Below are positions 9,633-17,947 of a DNA stretch of 20,000 nt, piece after piece. Every line of letters begins with the position of its first letter. Position 1 is the stretch's first letter. The translations under genes were made by a program, and so were the position numbers. The notes under the pieces are model-generated. The model made no database searches. It saw nothing but the letters and a program-made list of their open reading frames with translations, and was not told the DNA's origin. Source of the DNA: an uncultured virus (IMG/VR IMGVR_UViG_3300044948_000587) (lineage: Duplodnaviria > Heunggongvirae > Uroviricota > Caudoviricetes); IMG/VR virus record IMGVR_UViG_3300044948_000587; one strand, written 5' to 3'.

Positions 9633-11297
9633 ATGTATATAATCGGAATATCGGCATTTTATCATGACTCCTCTGTATGTTTATTCAGAGATAACCAATT
9701 AATATTTGCATGTGAAGAAGAAAAGTTCACAGGGATAAAACACGATAGTTCATTCCCTGATAGGGCGTTAGATTATATATATATAAAATATAAAATAAAC
9801 GAGAAAAATTTACAGGCGGTTTGTTATTACGAAGACCCAAAATTAAAATACCAAAGAGTAGTTGATAACATTAGACCACAACTATTTAAAAACCCCTTTT
9901 ATTCTATTAAATCTTTTTTAAAGATTAAAAGAAACATGAAAACTTTAGATAAAAGACTTAAAGAGTTATCACCTAATGTTTTTTATTCCACACATCATGA
10001 GGCTCACCAATATTATTCATATTACACATCACCATTTGAAAAGGCAACTTGTCTATCAATAGATGGTGTTGGTGAGATTGATACGTTATCGGTTGGTTTT
10101 GGTGACTACCAAGGTATTGAATATGGTAGTATGGCGAAATACCCACATTCGTTAGGTTTATTTTATTCTGCAATGACCTCATTTTTAGGGTTTAGACCAA
10201 ATGAAGGTGAATATAAAATGATGGGATTGGCCCCATATGGAAATTCGGAAATTTATATTGATAAGGTAAGAAAATTAATTACATATAAAAATAGTAAATT
10301 GGAATGTAATATGGATGTTTTTTGTTGGAATACATCTGACAAAACCATGTTCAATGATAATCTTTCTACATTACTTGAGATTGACCAACGTATACCTGAC
10401 GATAGTTTAGAACCAGTACACAAAGATTTAGCGGCATCAGTACAAAAAGTTTACGAAGAAATATTATTCAAAATTTTAAAATCAATTTCAATTATAAGTG
10501 AAAGTCAAAATTTATGTTTAAGTGGAGGTTGTGCATATAATGGAACGGCAAATGGTAAGATTGTTAACGATTCGGCATTCAGTCATTTATGGATACCACC
10601 GGCACCATCTGATGCGGGTTCTGCAATAGGTGCTGTCATTCATTATTTAGTTAAGGAAAAGAAAGTTAGAAATAAAGTGACCAAAAATCCATTCTTAGGA
10701 CCAATGTATTTTCTTGATGAGATTAAAGACGCCATTAAGAAAACTAAAAATTATAAGTTTGCGTCAGATACAAGTCTTATAGATTATGTCGCGAAAAAAT
10801 TAAAAGAGGGTAAAGTTGTGGGTTGGTTTCATGGTCACATTGAATTCGGTTCAAGAGCATTGGGTAATCGATCAATCTTGGCAGACCCAACTATTGAGGG
10901 TATGAAAGACAGGATTAATAAAGTCATTAAAAAACGAGAAGGGTTTAGACCATTTGCGCCGATGGTGACTAAAGAAAGACAAGATGAATTTTTTGAAATG
11001 ACTGACGATATCCCATATATGAATCAAGTGGTTAAGGTTAAACCAGAATATAGAGACATATTAAAAGCGGTAACTCACGTAGACGGTTCAGCAAGAGTAC
11101 AAACGGTATATAAAAACACCATGATATATGATTTATTAAAATCATTTGAAAAGGTATCAGGGTACCCAATATTATTAAACACGTCGTTTAATGTTAAAGA
11201 TAAAACAATGGTATTGACACCCAAAGATGCGGTAGATACTTTTTACGATACTGACATGGATTTGTTGGTTATAGGTAATTATATAATATATAAATAA
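9633..11297 (+). CDS. Carbamoyltransferase, NodU/CmcH family
   Basis: YHDSS, EEEKF, HHEAH, IDGVGE, SLGLFY, EGEYKMMGLAPYG, SGGCAYN, EFGSRALGNRS, KKREGFRPFAP, HVDGSARVQTV, LLNTSFN. Confidence 0.95.
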   Translation: MYIIGISAFYHDSSVCLFRDNQLIFACEEEKFTGIKHDSSFPDRALDYIYIKYKINEKNLQAVCYYEDPKLKYQRVVDNIRPQLFKNPFYSIKSFLKIKRNMKTLDKRLKELSPNVFYSTHHEAHQYYSYYTSPFEKATCLSIDGVGEIDTLSVGFGDYQGIEYGSMAKYPHSLGLFYSAMTSFLGFRPNEGEYKMMGLAPYGNSEIYIDKVRKLITYKNSKLECNMDVFCWNTSDKTMFNDNLSTLLEIDQRIPDDSLEPVHKDLAASVQKVYEEILFKILKSISIISESQNLCLSGGCAYNGTANGKIVNDSAFSHLWIPPAPSDAGSAIGAVIHYLVKEKKVRNKVTKNPFLGPMYFLDEIKDAIKKTKNYKFASDTSLIDYVAKKLKEGKVVGWFHGHIEFGSRALGNRSILADPTIEGMKDRINKVIKKREGFRPFAPMVTKERQDEFFEMTDDIPYMNQVVKVKPEYRDILKAVTHVDGSARVQTVYKNTMIYDLLKSFEKVSGYPILLNTSFNVKDKTMVLTPKDAVDTFYDTDMDLLVIGNYIIYK

Positions 11298-11966
11298 ATG
11301 TCTAAAATTCTAATCATAGGGGATAGTTTTGTTGGTAAAGGTAGACCAACACACGATTCGTGGGTTGATATTATAAAAGATAATTTTAATTCCGTATATG
11401 TTGACAGTCAACCCAGTCGAGATACACAAACAGTACTCGACAAGTGGATTATTTCAATACCGAATTTAAATTCTGATGATTCCTTAATAATAATGTTACC
11501 AACTTTTTTAAGGACTAGATTACCATATAATGAGACCCATTTTTGGGATGACCATAATGCTGGAAACCTTACATCAATAAATAGGTTTGTTGGTATACAC
11601 AAATATCAAAAAAGTGTGGACTTGATTGATGTGTTTGAATCTGAAAAAGATGATTATAATAAAATAATACAGACAATGCAGTTAATTAATTCTTCAAAAG
11701 CAGCAAGTCTTAATTATTTAGATATTATCAGTTCACTATATAAAATAACTCCTTGTAAAGTTTTAATTTTTTCATGGGATGAAATGGATGAAAAATTAGA
11801 TATTATTGAAGATAACTCAAAAATACAGAAAAATTTGGGACATTTAGGTTCGGCACATGATGAATATATTAGAACTAACGGAAATAGAGGACGTGAGCAT
11901 GATCATCATTGGGATGATGAAACACAAATTTTATTTGCTAATTACATAAAAAATAAATTAAAATAA
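11298..11966 (+). CDS. SGNH/GDSL-like protein
   Basis: IIGDSF at the N-terminus, DHHW near the C-terminus. Confidence 0.55.
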   Translation: MSKILIIGDSFVGKGRPTHDSWVDIIKDNFNSVYVDSQPSRDTQTVLDKWIISIPNLNSDDSLIIMLPTFLRTRLPYNETHFWDDHNAGNLTSINRFVGIHKYQKSVDLIDVFESEKDDYNKIIQTMQLINSSKAASLNYLDIISSLYKITPCKVLIFSWDEMDEKLDIIEDNSKIQKNLGHLGSAHDEYIRTNGNRGREHDHHWDDETQILFANYIKNKLK

Positions 11967-11974
11967 AAAATAAT

Positions 11975-12091
11975 ATGATGAAGTTAATTAATTGGATTAA
12001 GAAGTATTTTGCCGACCGCAAAAAAAAGAAAGAATTTAAAAAGAAATTAGAAGAATTACGTAAAAGAGATCCATTTATCTATAATCATTAA
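11975..12091 (+). CDS. Small basic 38-aa protein ending RKRDPFIYNH
   Basis: Manual translation MMKLINWIKKYFADRKKKKEFKKKLEELRKRDPFIYNH; fills the gap 8 nt after the upstream stop. Confidence 0.65.
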   Translation: MMKLINWIKKYFADRKKKKEFKKKLEELRKRDPFIYNH

Positions 12092-12117
12092 GATGATAAA
12101 AATCATAGGTAAATTAT

Positions 12118-12146
12118 TTGGTTATTTCAAATAATTTACTTATATT
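12118..12146 (+). promoter_or_regulatory. Putative sigma70-like promoter
   Basis: TTGGTT-N17-TATATT, 8 nt before the ATG at 12155. Confidence 0.5.
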
Positions 12147-12154
12147 TTAGTATT

Positions 12155-12589
12155 ATGATATATTGGTTTACAGGTCAACCTGGTGCAGGAAAAACAACAT
12201 TAGCTAAACATTTAGTTAATTATTTTGAGAACAACAACGTAATTCACGTTGATGGTGACGATTTACGCGATATCTTTCAAAATAAAGACTATTCCGAGGT
12301 TGGAAGAAGGAAAAACATCGAAAGGGCTCAGGATATTGCGAGATTTATGAGTGAAAAGGGGTTTAACGTAATCGTATCCTTAGTTTCACCTTATAAAGAC
12401 CAAAGAGACCAATTTAAAGAGAATAACAACGTTACTGAAGTCTATGTACATACCACAGATGAAAGAGGTAGAGAAGGGTTTCACGTGTCTAACTATGAAA
12501 AACCTACGGACAATTTCGTAGAGATTGACACAAGTAACAGAAAAGAGGTCGATTCGTTTATTGAATTAACTATTAAATTAAAAATATGA
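12155..12589 (+). CDS. cysC: Adenylyl-sulfate (APS) kinase, compact form
   Basis: IYWFTGQPGAGKTT P-loop, VDGDDLR, YSEVGRRKNI, VSLVSPY, YEKP. Confidence 0.88.
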   Translation: MIYWFTGQPGAGKTTLAKHLVNYFENNNVIHVDGDDLRDIFQNKDYSEVGRRKNIERAQDIARFMSEKGFNVIVSLVSPYKDQRDQFKENNNVTEVYVHTTDERGREGFHVSNYEKPTDNFVEIDTSNRKEVDSFIELTIKLKI

Positions 12590-12966
12590 GTAAAAAGTAC
12601 GCAATGTATGTGGGACGTTGGCAAAATTGGCATAAGGGTCACGAATGGCTCCTTAACCAACAAATAGAGAAGGGGAAAGACGTGTGGGTGGCAATTAGAA
12701 ATGTACCAACTGACGAAAATAATCCAAAAACCGCACAACAAGTAATGATGGATTTGGCTGAAGAACCTTTCTTTAAAGAAAATTCACATAAAATTAATAT
12801 ATCAATTATTCCCGATATTGAGAGTATTAATTATGGTAGAGGAGTAGGTTATGATGTAATATATCACGAACCACCAACTGAGATAGCAACGATTAGTGGA
12901 ACGGCAATTAGAACTGGTCACATGACACCTGATGGTGAAATTAAATATGATCAAACAAAAGGATAA
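12586..12966 (+). CDS. HxGH-motif (cytidylyltransferase-like) nucleotidyltransferase
   Basis: GRWQNWHKGH, NP, YGRGVGY, ISGTAIR. Confidence 0.8.
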   Translation: MSKKYAMYVGRWQNWHKGHEWLLNQQIEKGKDVWVAIRNVPTDENNPKTAQQVMMDLAEEPFFKENSHKINISIIPDIESINYGRGVGYDVIYHEPPTEIATISGTAIRTGHMTPDGEIKYDQTKG

Positions 12967-13181
12967 TGATAGTAGAACGTAAACGACACATAGCGAAAAC
13001 CATCTCATATCGTATTGTAAGTACCTTCATCGGGTTCTTATTAATGTGGTTGATAAGTGGTTCAATTAAAGTAGGGGCGGCATTTGGGGTGGCAGAATTG
13101 ATTTATAAACCCATCCAATATTATGTTCACGAAAGAATATGGTATAAATGGATAAAATTTGGGTTAAAAGATAAAAAATAA
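12966..13181 (+). CDS. DUF2061-like small membrane protein
   Basis: RHIAKTISYR, hydrophobic segment, YYVHERIW. Confidence 0.8.
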   Translation: MIVERKRHIAKTISYRIVSTFIGFLLMWLISGSIKVGAAFGVAELIYKPIQYYVHERIWYKWIKFGLKDKK

Positions 13182-13207
13182 GTATTTATATATAAAACAA
13201 GGAAATT

Positions 13208-14695
13208 ATGAGAACAGTATTAATAGGTTCGGACTTTATGTACGATAAAGATGGTAATTTAAAACCCATTGAAATAAACACTGCAGTAGGATGGGATGGA
13301 CTTCAGAAGATTGAGGATAATATAGATTGTTTGGATTTAACGGGTTTATACCAATTTATTGAAACTAAAGGATTTACATCCGTACATTATGTGGGCGATA
13401 TACCATATATAAACGAAACGTTAGAAACTTATTATAGTGGAAGTTCAATCACATATGAATATCATTTGGTTAATAAATTAGCCATCACAGTGCCATTTAT
13501 TGAAGATAATGATGAAACATTAATTATTAGAAGTTCATATGACACAACAGCATTGGTAGATGATACATATTGTAAAGATAAGGTTAATTTTTTAAATTTA
13601 ATTAAAGATTCTTCATTCGGTTCTCAATTTGCTTATTTAGATGAATCAAACCAATTAGTGTCAAACATTACAACAATTAATGATAATGGGGAACACCCAA
13701 ACTTTATTTTAAAGGCGAGATATCCTTCTTACGATAAAGAAGTTTATCCTAAATTTTTTAAGGTATCAACACAAGAAGAATTGAATACAATTTTAGAGAA
13801 TGTAACATCGGATTACTTCTTAATGGAGAATTATTGTAACACCACCAATAATTTTGAAGGACATGTAAAAGTTATAAGAAGTTTAAATATATTGTATCCA
13901 CCAACATTAGAATCAATACAAATTGGTCAATACACTAGAATTAATCAAAATATAATTTTTTCTAATGTAGAATATGATTCAATAACTCATATGTTAAATT
14001 CGGAATATAGAGAGAGTTATATAACATTAACAACTATTAAAGGAGTACCCAAATTATTAGACACAGATTTAGTAGAAATGCCAGATGGTACGTTTAAAAC
14101 TGCATTAGATTTAAACGTTGGGGATGTAATCAAAACAATTGATATACCAAATCCAAATGGTGTGGATAATCAATCATATCTTGCAAATTTTGAAATAACA
14201 TACGAAACACTTGTATCAGGTACAACTTATTCAACAAATAAAATTGTCAATAAAAAAAGAGTAAATTTATTAACATATATTAATCGATTAACTTTTGATG
14301 ATAATAGTACATGGGAAGATACGTCAATTTCTTCTTATTTAATTGAAAGAGATAATGTTATACAATTTGAAGAAATACATGGTATAAAAATGGGAGATGT
14401 TGTTTTATTATTAGATACAACAGAGGGATTGGTAGATTTTATTAGAAAAAATGTTGTAGAAAATGTAGAGACTAAAACAATATTTTCCGGTTGGTTTATT
14501 ACAGTAGAAAATGCTCATCTATTTTTAACTAAAACATCATCTACAAATAATGAATCTTTTGTTTCCATTGAACATAATGCTGGTGAAGCTTGTTATTATT
14601 GCTCCGGCGGGTCTCAATCTGCTTACTGCCCTAAATCGGCACCATATTGTGGAGCATATGGATATTGTGTATATTCTCCTGAATATTGTCCATAA
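13208..14695 (+). CDS. Circularly permuted ATP-grasp-like domain + Hint (intein-like) domain + C-terminal 38-aa Cys/Tyr-rich peptide
   Basis: N-terminal GSDFMYDKDGNLKPIEINT (D...ExN) precedes NFILKAR and FLMENY. Hint at aa ~282-457: LLDTDLVEMPDGTFKTALDLNVGDVI ... IKMGDVV ... ITVENAHLF ... IEHN. Tail AGEACYYC...EYCP. Confidence 0.75.
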   Translation: MRTVLIGSDFMYDKDGNLKPIEINTAVGWDGLQKIEDNIDCLDLTGLYQFIETKGFTSVHYVGDIPYINETLETYYSGSSITYEYHLVNKLAITVPFIEDNDETLIIRSSYDTTALVDDTYCKDKVNFLNLIKDSSFGSQFAYLDESNQLVSNITTINDNGEHPNFILKARYPSYDKEVYPKFFKVSTQEELNTILENVTSDYFLMENYCNTTNNFEGHVKVIRSLNILYPPTLESIQIGQYTRINQNIIFSNVEYDSITHMLNSEYRESYITLTTIKGVPKLLDTDLVEMPDGTFKTALDLNVGDVIKTIDIPNPNGVDNQSYLANFEITYETLVSGTTYSTNKIVNKKRVNLLTYINRLTFDDNSTWEDTSISSYLIERDNVIQFEEIHGIKMGDVVLLLDTTEGLVDFIRKNVVENVETKTIFSGWFITVENAHLFLTKTSSTNNESFVSIEHNAGEACYYCSGGSQSAYCPKSAPYCGAYGYCVYSPEYCP

Positions 14696-14702
14696 ATTAT
14701 TG

Positions 14703-14737
14703 TAAAATAAAATAAAATAAAATAAAATAAAATAAAA
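14703..14737 (+). repeat. Pentanucleotide microsatellite (TAAAA)7
   Basis: Seven perfect TAAAA units; the last A is the A of the ATG at 14737. Confidence 0.95.
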
Positions 14738-14826
14738 TGGCAAAAATTATAACAAATACCGAAATTAATACGTTAAATACAACCCTAACAACTATTGGTA
14801 ATTTAATAGTAACCGCAAATAGTTAG
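14737..14826 (+). CDS. Putative 29-aa Thr/Asn-rich peptide
   Basis: MAKIITNTEINTLNTTLTTIGNLIVTANS*; A-rich upstream context like the other genes; fills an otherwise large gap. Confidence 0.5.
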   Translation: MAKIITNTEINTLNTTLTTIGNLIVTANS

Positions 14827-14848
14827 TTGTAAAAATAATAGGTTAAAA

Positions 14849-15148
14849 ATGAAATTAGATTTTAAAGAAATATCAACGGCTTGGTATAATAAACTTATAC
14901 ATTCTAATGAATTAAAAAAATTAGCTGATGATAGATTTGATATTTGTTTAGAATGTCCGTCTAAAAAAGAAATTTTCAAAGGTAAACAATGGTCTCTCAG
15001 GTGTGGAGAATGTGGGTGCCCTTTAGCAGGTAAAGTATATACATCTAATACATATTTGGATAAAAACGGATCATGTCCATTAGAAAAGTGGAAAGAAGTT
15101 GAGATTGAATATTTAAAAAATTTTAAAAAAATGAAAACTTTTATATAA
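14849..15148 (+). CDS. Small Cys-rich putative metal-binding protein (DUF6171-like)
   Basis: RFDICLECP, CGECGCPL..K, CPLEKW. Confidence 0.7.
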   Translation: MKLDFKEISTAWYNKLIHSNELKKLADDRFDICLECPSKKEIFKGKQWSLRCGECGCPLAGKVYTSNTYLDKNGSCPLEKWKEVEIEYLKNFKKMKTFI

Positions 15149-15149
15149 A

Positions 15150-15833
15150 GTGTCTTATTTAATTAATAATGAACTTATTTGGGTTTCTATTCCAAAATGT
15201 GCAAGTTACTCTATTGAACGAGCACTTAGAAATTCAAAACTAAAATTAGATACCTACGACCCAAATATTATTATAGACGAGCACCTTCACGTCCCATTAA
15301 CTGAGTGTTTATCACTATGGGGAAACAAAGAAACTGTTTGTATAACCAGAGATTATGTGCATAGATGGATGAGCTCTTTAAATTTTATTTGGGATAAAAT
15401 AGAATTTGAAAGTGATTATACCCTTATTCGTAAATGGGAAGATGTTGATAATGAATTTTTATATAAAATGTTTGATACCAAGTTTCTCAATGATTTACAT
15501 TCATTTGACGGCAATGATTTAGAAACAAAAAATTGTTTTTTAAAATTAGTAAAAGAAAAATACGACATTTTAAAAAAAATGCCATTTATAATGATAACCT
15601 TAGTTTCCCCAAACTTTTTTAAATCCAATAGAAAATGTACATATGAGTTTGACATTAAAGAAATAGATAAATTTGTTGATTTTATTGAAGATAGATTTGG
15701 TGAAAGATTAATTATAGAGAGCACTAACCAATCTACAAAAAGACCAAATAAAATTATAATAAATGATGAATTAAAATCATTTATTTTAGAAAATTTTGAA
15801 AATAGATTTAAAAAAAGAAATCAATTAATATAG
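15150..15833 (+). CDS. Sulfotransferase family 2-like protein
   Basis: WVSIPKCASYSI (5'-PSB loop), RD...R..S (3'-PB-like), C-terminal N.S; GTG start. Confidence 0.7.
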   Translation: MSYLINNELIWVSIPKCASYSIERALRNSKLKLDTYDPNIIIDEHLHVPLTECLSLWGNKETVCITRDYVHRWMSSLNFIWDKIEFESDYTLIRKWEDVDNEFLYKMFDTKFLNDLHSFDGNDLETKNCFLKLVKEKYDILKKMPFIMITLVSPNFFKSNRKCTYEFDIKEIDKFVDFIEDRFGERLIIESTNQSTKRPNKIIINDELKSFILENFENRFKKRNQLI

Positions 15834-15836
15834 TAT

Positions 15837-16310
15837 ATGCAAATATATAAAAACATATTAACAAATGATTTTTGTGATATTTTAATAGAAAAAATTAAGA
15901 ATGAATGTGTATTAAGTGAATCTCATAAAAAAGGGTGGTATGTTTGGTTAATTTGGGGACAACAACCCAGTCAACCACTAAGTAGAGAAAAGTGGAATGA
16001 AGAAATCTATAATATGGTAACTGATGAGTTAAATAGATGTAATTTTCCTAAACATAAAACAATGTGGCTACAAATGACAGAATATAAAGATGGTAGGTGG
16101 TTACGAAGACATGTAGATGGTGCAGGAAATAAAACAATAATAATTTTGTTATCCAATGAATTTGTGGGTGGAGATACATATATAAATGATAGTGTTGTAA
16201 ATTTAAAAAAGGGCGATGGTGTTATATTTGATGGGGGTTATCAATATCATGAAGTAACACCAGTAACAGAAGGAACACGATACGCTTTAAATTTTTGGTT
16301 ATATAAATAA
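15837..16310 (+). CDS. 2OG-Fe(II) oxygenase (prolyl-4-hydroxylase-like)
   Basis: Y..G..L..HVD, FVGGDT, HEVTPVTEGTRYAL. Confidence 0.9.
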   Translation: MQIYKNILTNDFCDILIEKIKNECVLSESHKKGWYVWLIWGQQPSQPLSREKWNEEIYNMVTDELNRCNFPKHKTMWLQMTEYKDGRWLRRHVDGAGNKTIIILLSNEFVGGDTYINDSVVNLKKGDGVIFDGGYQYHEVTPVTEGTRYALNFWLYK

Positions 16311-16319
16311 CAATATAAT

Positions 16320-17363
16320 ATGGTAGATTTAAAGAATTATGTTTGTAGTGTTCCTTTTAATTCATTAGAAATACATAATAATGTTTGTTTTGTTTGTTGT
16401 CCATCTTGGTTACCAAATAAGATTGAAATATCAGAAGTACCACTAAAGGATATGTGGAATAGTGAACCAATCGTTGATATTAGAAATTCTATATTAGATG
16501 GTTCATTTAAATATTGTAATAAAGAACTTTGTCCTTATTTAAGTAAATTAATAAACTATGGTGTGACATCTGGTCCAGTCAGACTGAAATCAGATTCAAA
16601 TATTAATAATCCAATTATTGAAAATAATACACCCGATTATTTGGTAATGAATTTTGATAGAACTTGTAATTACAAATGTCCATCATGTAGAGTTGATTTA
16701 ATTGTTGAAAATAGTGAAGGGATAAAAAGAGTTGAAAAAACAATTGAAGATATTGATAAATATTATTCAGCAAATGTAAAAACTTTATACATAACAGGTT
16801 CTGGAGACCCATTTGTTTCAGTCGGGTTTAGAAATTATTTAAGAAATTTTAATCCAAAAAAATATCCAAATTTAAAATCAATACACTTACATACCAATGC
16901 CTCAATGTGGAATAAAGAAATGTGGGATAGTATGCCAAATATTCACAAATATGTCGGTACCTGTGAAATCAGTATAGATGCAGGAACAAAAGACACATAT
17001 GAAAATAAAACAAGATTAGGTGGTAATTGGGAAAATTTATTGAGTAATTTAAAATTTATTAGTACCATACCGAATATTAATGTAAAAACTTCCTTTGTTG
17101 TACAAGATAGTAACTATACTGAAATGGAAACATTTTATAATTTAATGTATTCTATTTTTGGTAAAAAAGTAAATGTGTTTTTTGGTAAAATAACAAATTG
17201 GGGTACATTTTCAGAGGGTGAATTCAAATTTAAACAGGTATGGGATACCGAACACCCAGAACACCAATTATTTAAAAAAGAATTTAATAAGGTATGGAAA
17301 AACACAAATCTATTTCATAATCTATATGAGTTTATTGAGAGCACTAATAAAACATTGATATAA
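16320..17363 (+). CDS. Radical SAM protein with N-terminal SPASM/Twitch-like Cys-rich domain
   Basis: CSVPF...VCCPSW...WNS...IR...YCNKELCP, then CNYKCPSC, GSGDPF, HTN, ISIDAG. Confidence 0.9.
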   Translation: MVDLKNYVCSVPFNSLEIHNNVCFVCCPSWLPNKIEISEVPLKDMWNSEPIVDIRNSILDGSFKYCNKELCPYLSKLINYGVTSGPVRLKSDSNINNPIIENNTPDYLVMNFDRTCNYKCPSCRVDLIVENSEGIKRVEKTIEDIDKYYSANVKTLYITGSGDPFVSVGFRNYLRNFNPKKYPNLKSIHLHTNASMWNKEMWDSMPNIHKYVGTCEISIDAGTKDTYENKTRLGGNWENLLSNLKFISTIPNINVKTSFVVQDSNYTEMETFYNLMYSIFGKKVNVFFGKITNWGTFSEGEFKFKQVWDTEHPEHQLFKKEFNKVWKNTNLFHNLYEFIESTNKTLI

Positions 17364-17377
17364 TTTAACATAATAAA

Positions 17378-17947
17378 ATGGTTATTACAATAATCGCCGA
17401 ACCAAGAAGTGGGTCAACAAATTTAGCAGATTATTTTAAATCAAATAAAGATTTTACTATTTTACAAGAACCATTAAATAAATATGGAAAATCGTATCAA
17501 AAAAATAATCCAATTAATAAATGGACTTATAATACAAAACACTTATTAATTAAGGAAATATATGACCCAAATAAAAACTTAAAAGAATTAATACAATTTT
17601 CAGATAAAATAATTATTCTTTATAGAGAAAATAAAAATGAACAATTAGAATCTTGGTTAGTTGCAAAGGTAACCAATAATTGGCGGGGTAAATGGGTAAA
17701 TAGTAAAATTCGTATACCTAACAAAGAATTAAAAATTCAGTTTTTTAATAAAATGGTTAATGAGTTTGAAATAGAATATAGATTAAATAATGATATGTTT
17801 AAAATATCATATGAAGAACTTTATTACAAGAATGGTTTTGAAAAAATAGTGAATTATCTTAATATTGATAGTGTTAAGAATATTGATTTTCCATATGGTC
17901 AAAAATATAGGTTGGACAAAATAGAAATAAATAAAACTTTAATATGA
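17378..17947 (+). CDS. P-loop sulfotransferase-like protein (Stf0-like)
   Basis: AEPRSGSTNL, EP, LYREN..EQLES, ISYEEL. Confidence 0.7.
   Translation: MVITIIAEPRSGSTNLADYFKSNKDFTILQEPLNKYGKSYQKNNPINKWTYNTKHLLIKEIYDPNKNLKELIQFSDKIIILYRENKNEQLESWLVAKVTNNWRGKWVNSKIRIPNKELKIQFFNKMVNEFEIEYRLNNDMFKISYEELYYKNGFEKIVNYLNIDSVKNIDFPYGQKYRLDKIEINKTLI

Noticed and set aside
12020..12027. A8 homopolymer as a phase-variation site
   Set aside because: A/T runs of this length are expected in such AT-rich sequence and here encode a Lys run.
14051..14578. Canonical splicing intein or mobile element
   Set aside because: No Cys/Ser at position 1, no block B His, Ala at +1 and no endonuclease domain.
14537..14743. 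68-aa minus-strand ORF (MPFYFILFYFILFY...)
   Set aside because: Its repetitive N-terminus is just the reverse complement of the TAAAA microsatellite, and it overlaps the Hint/peptide coding region.
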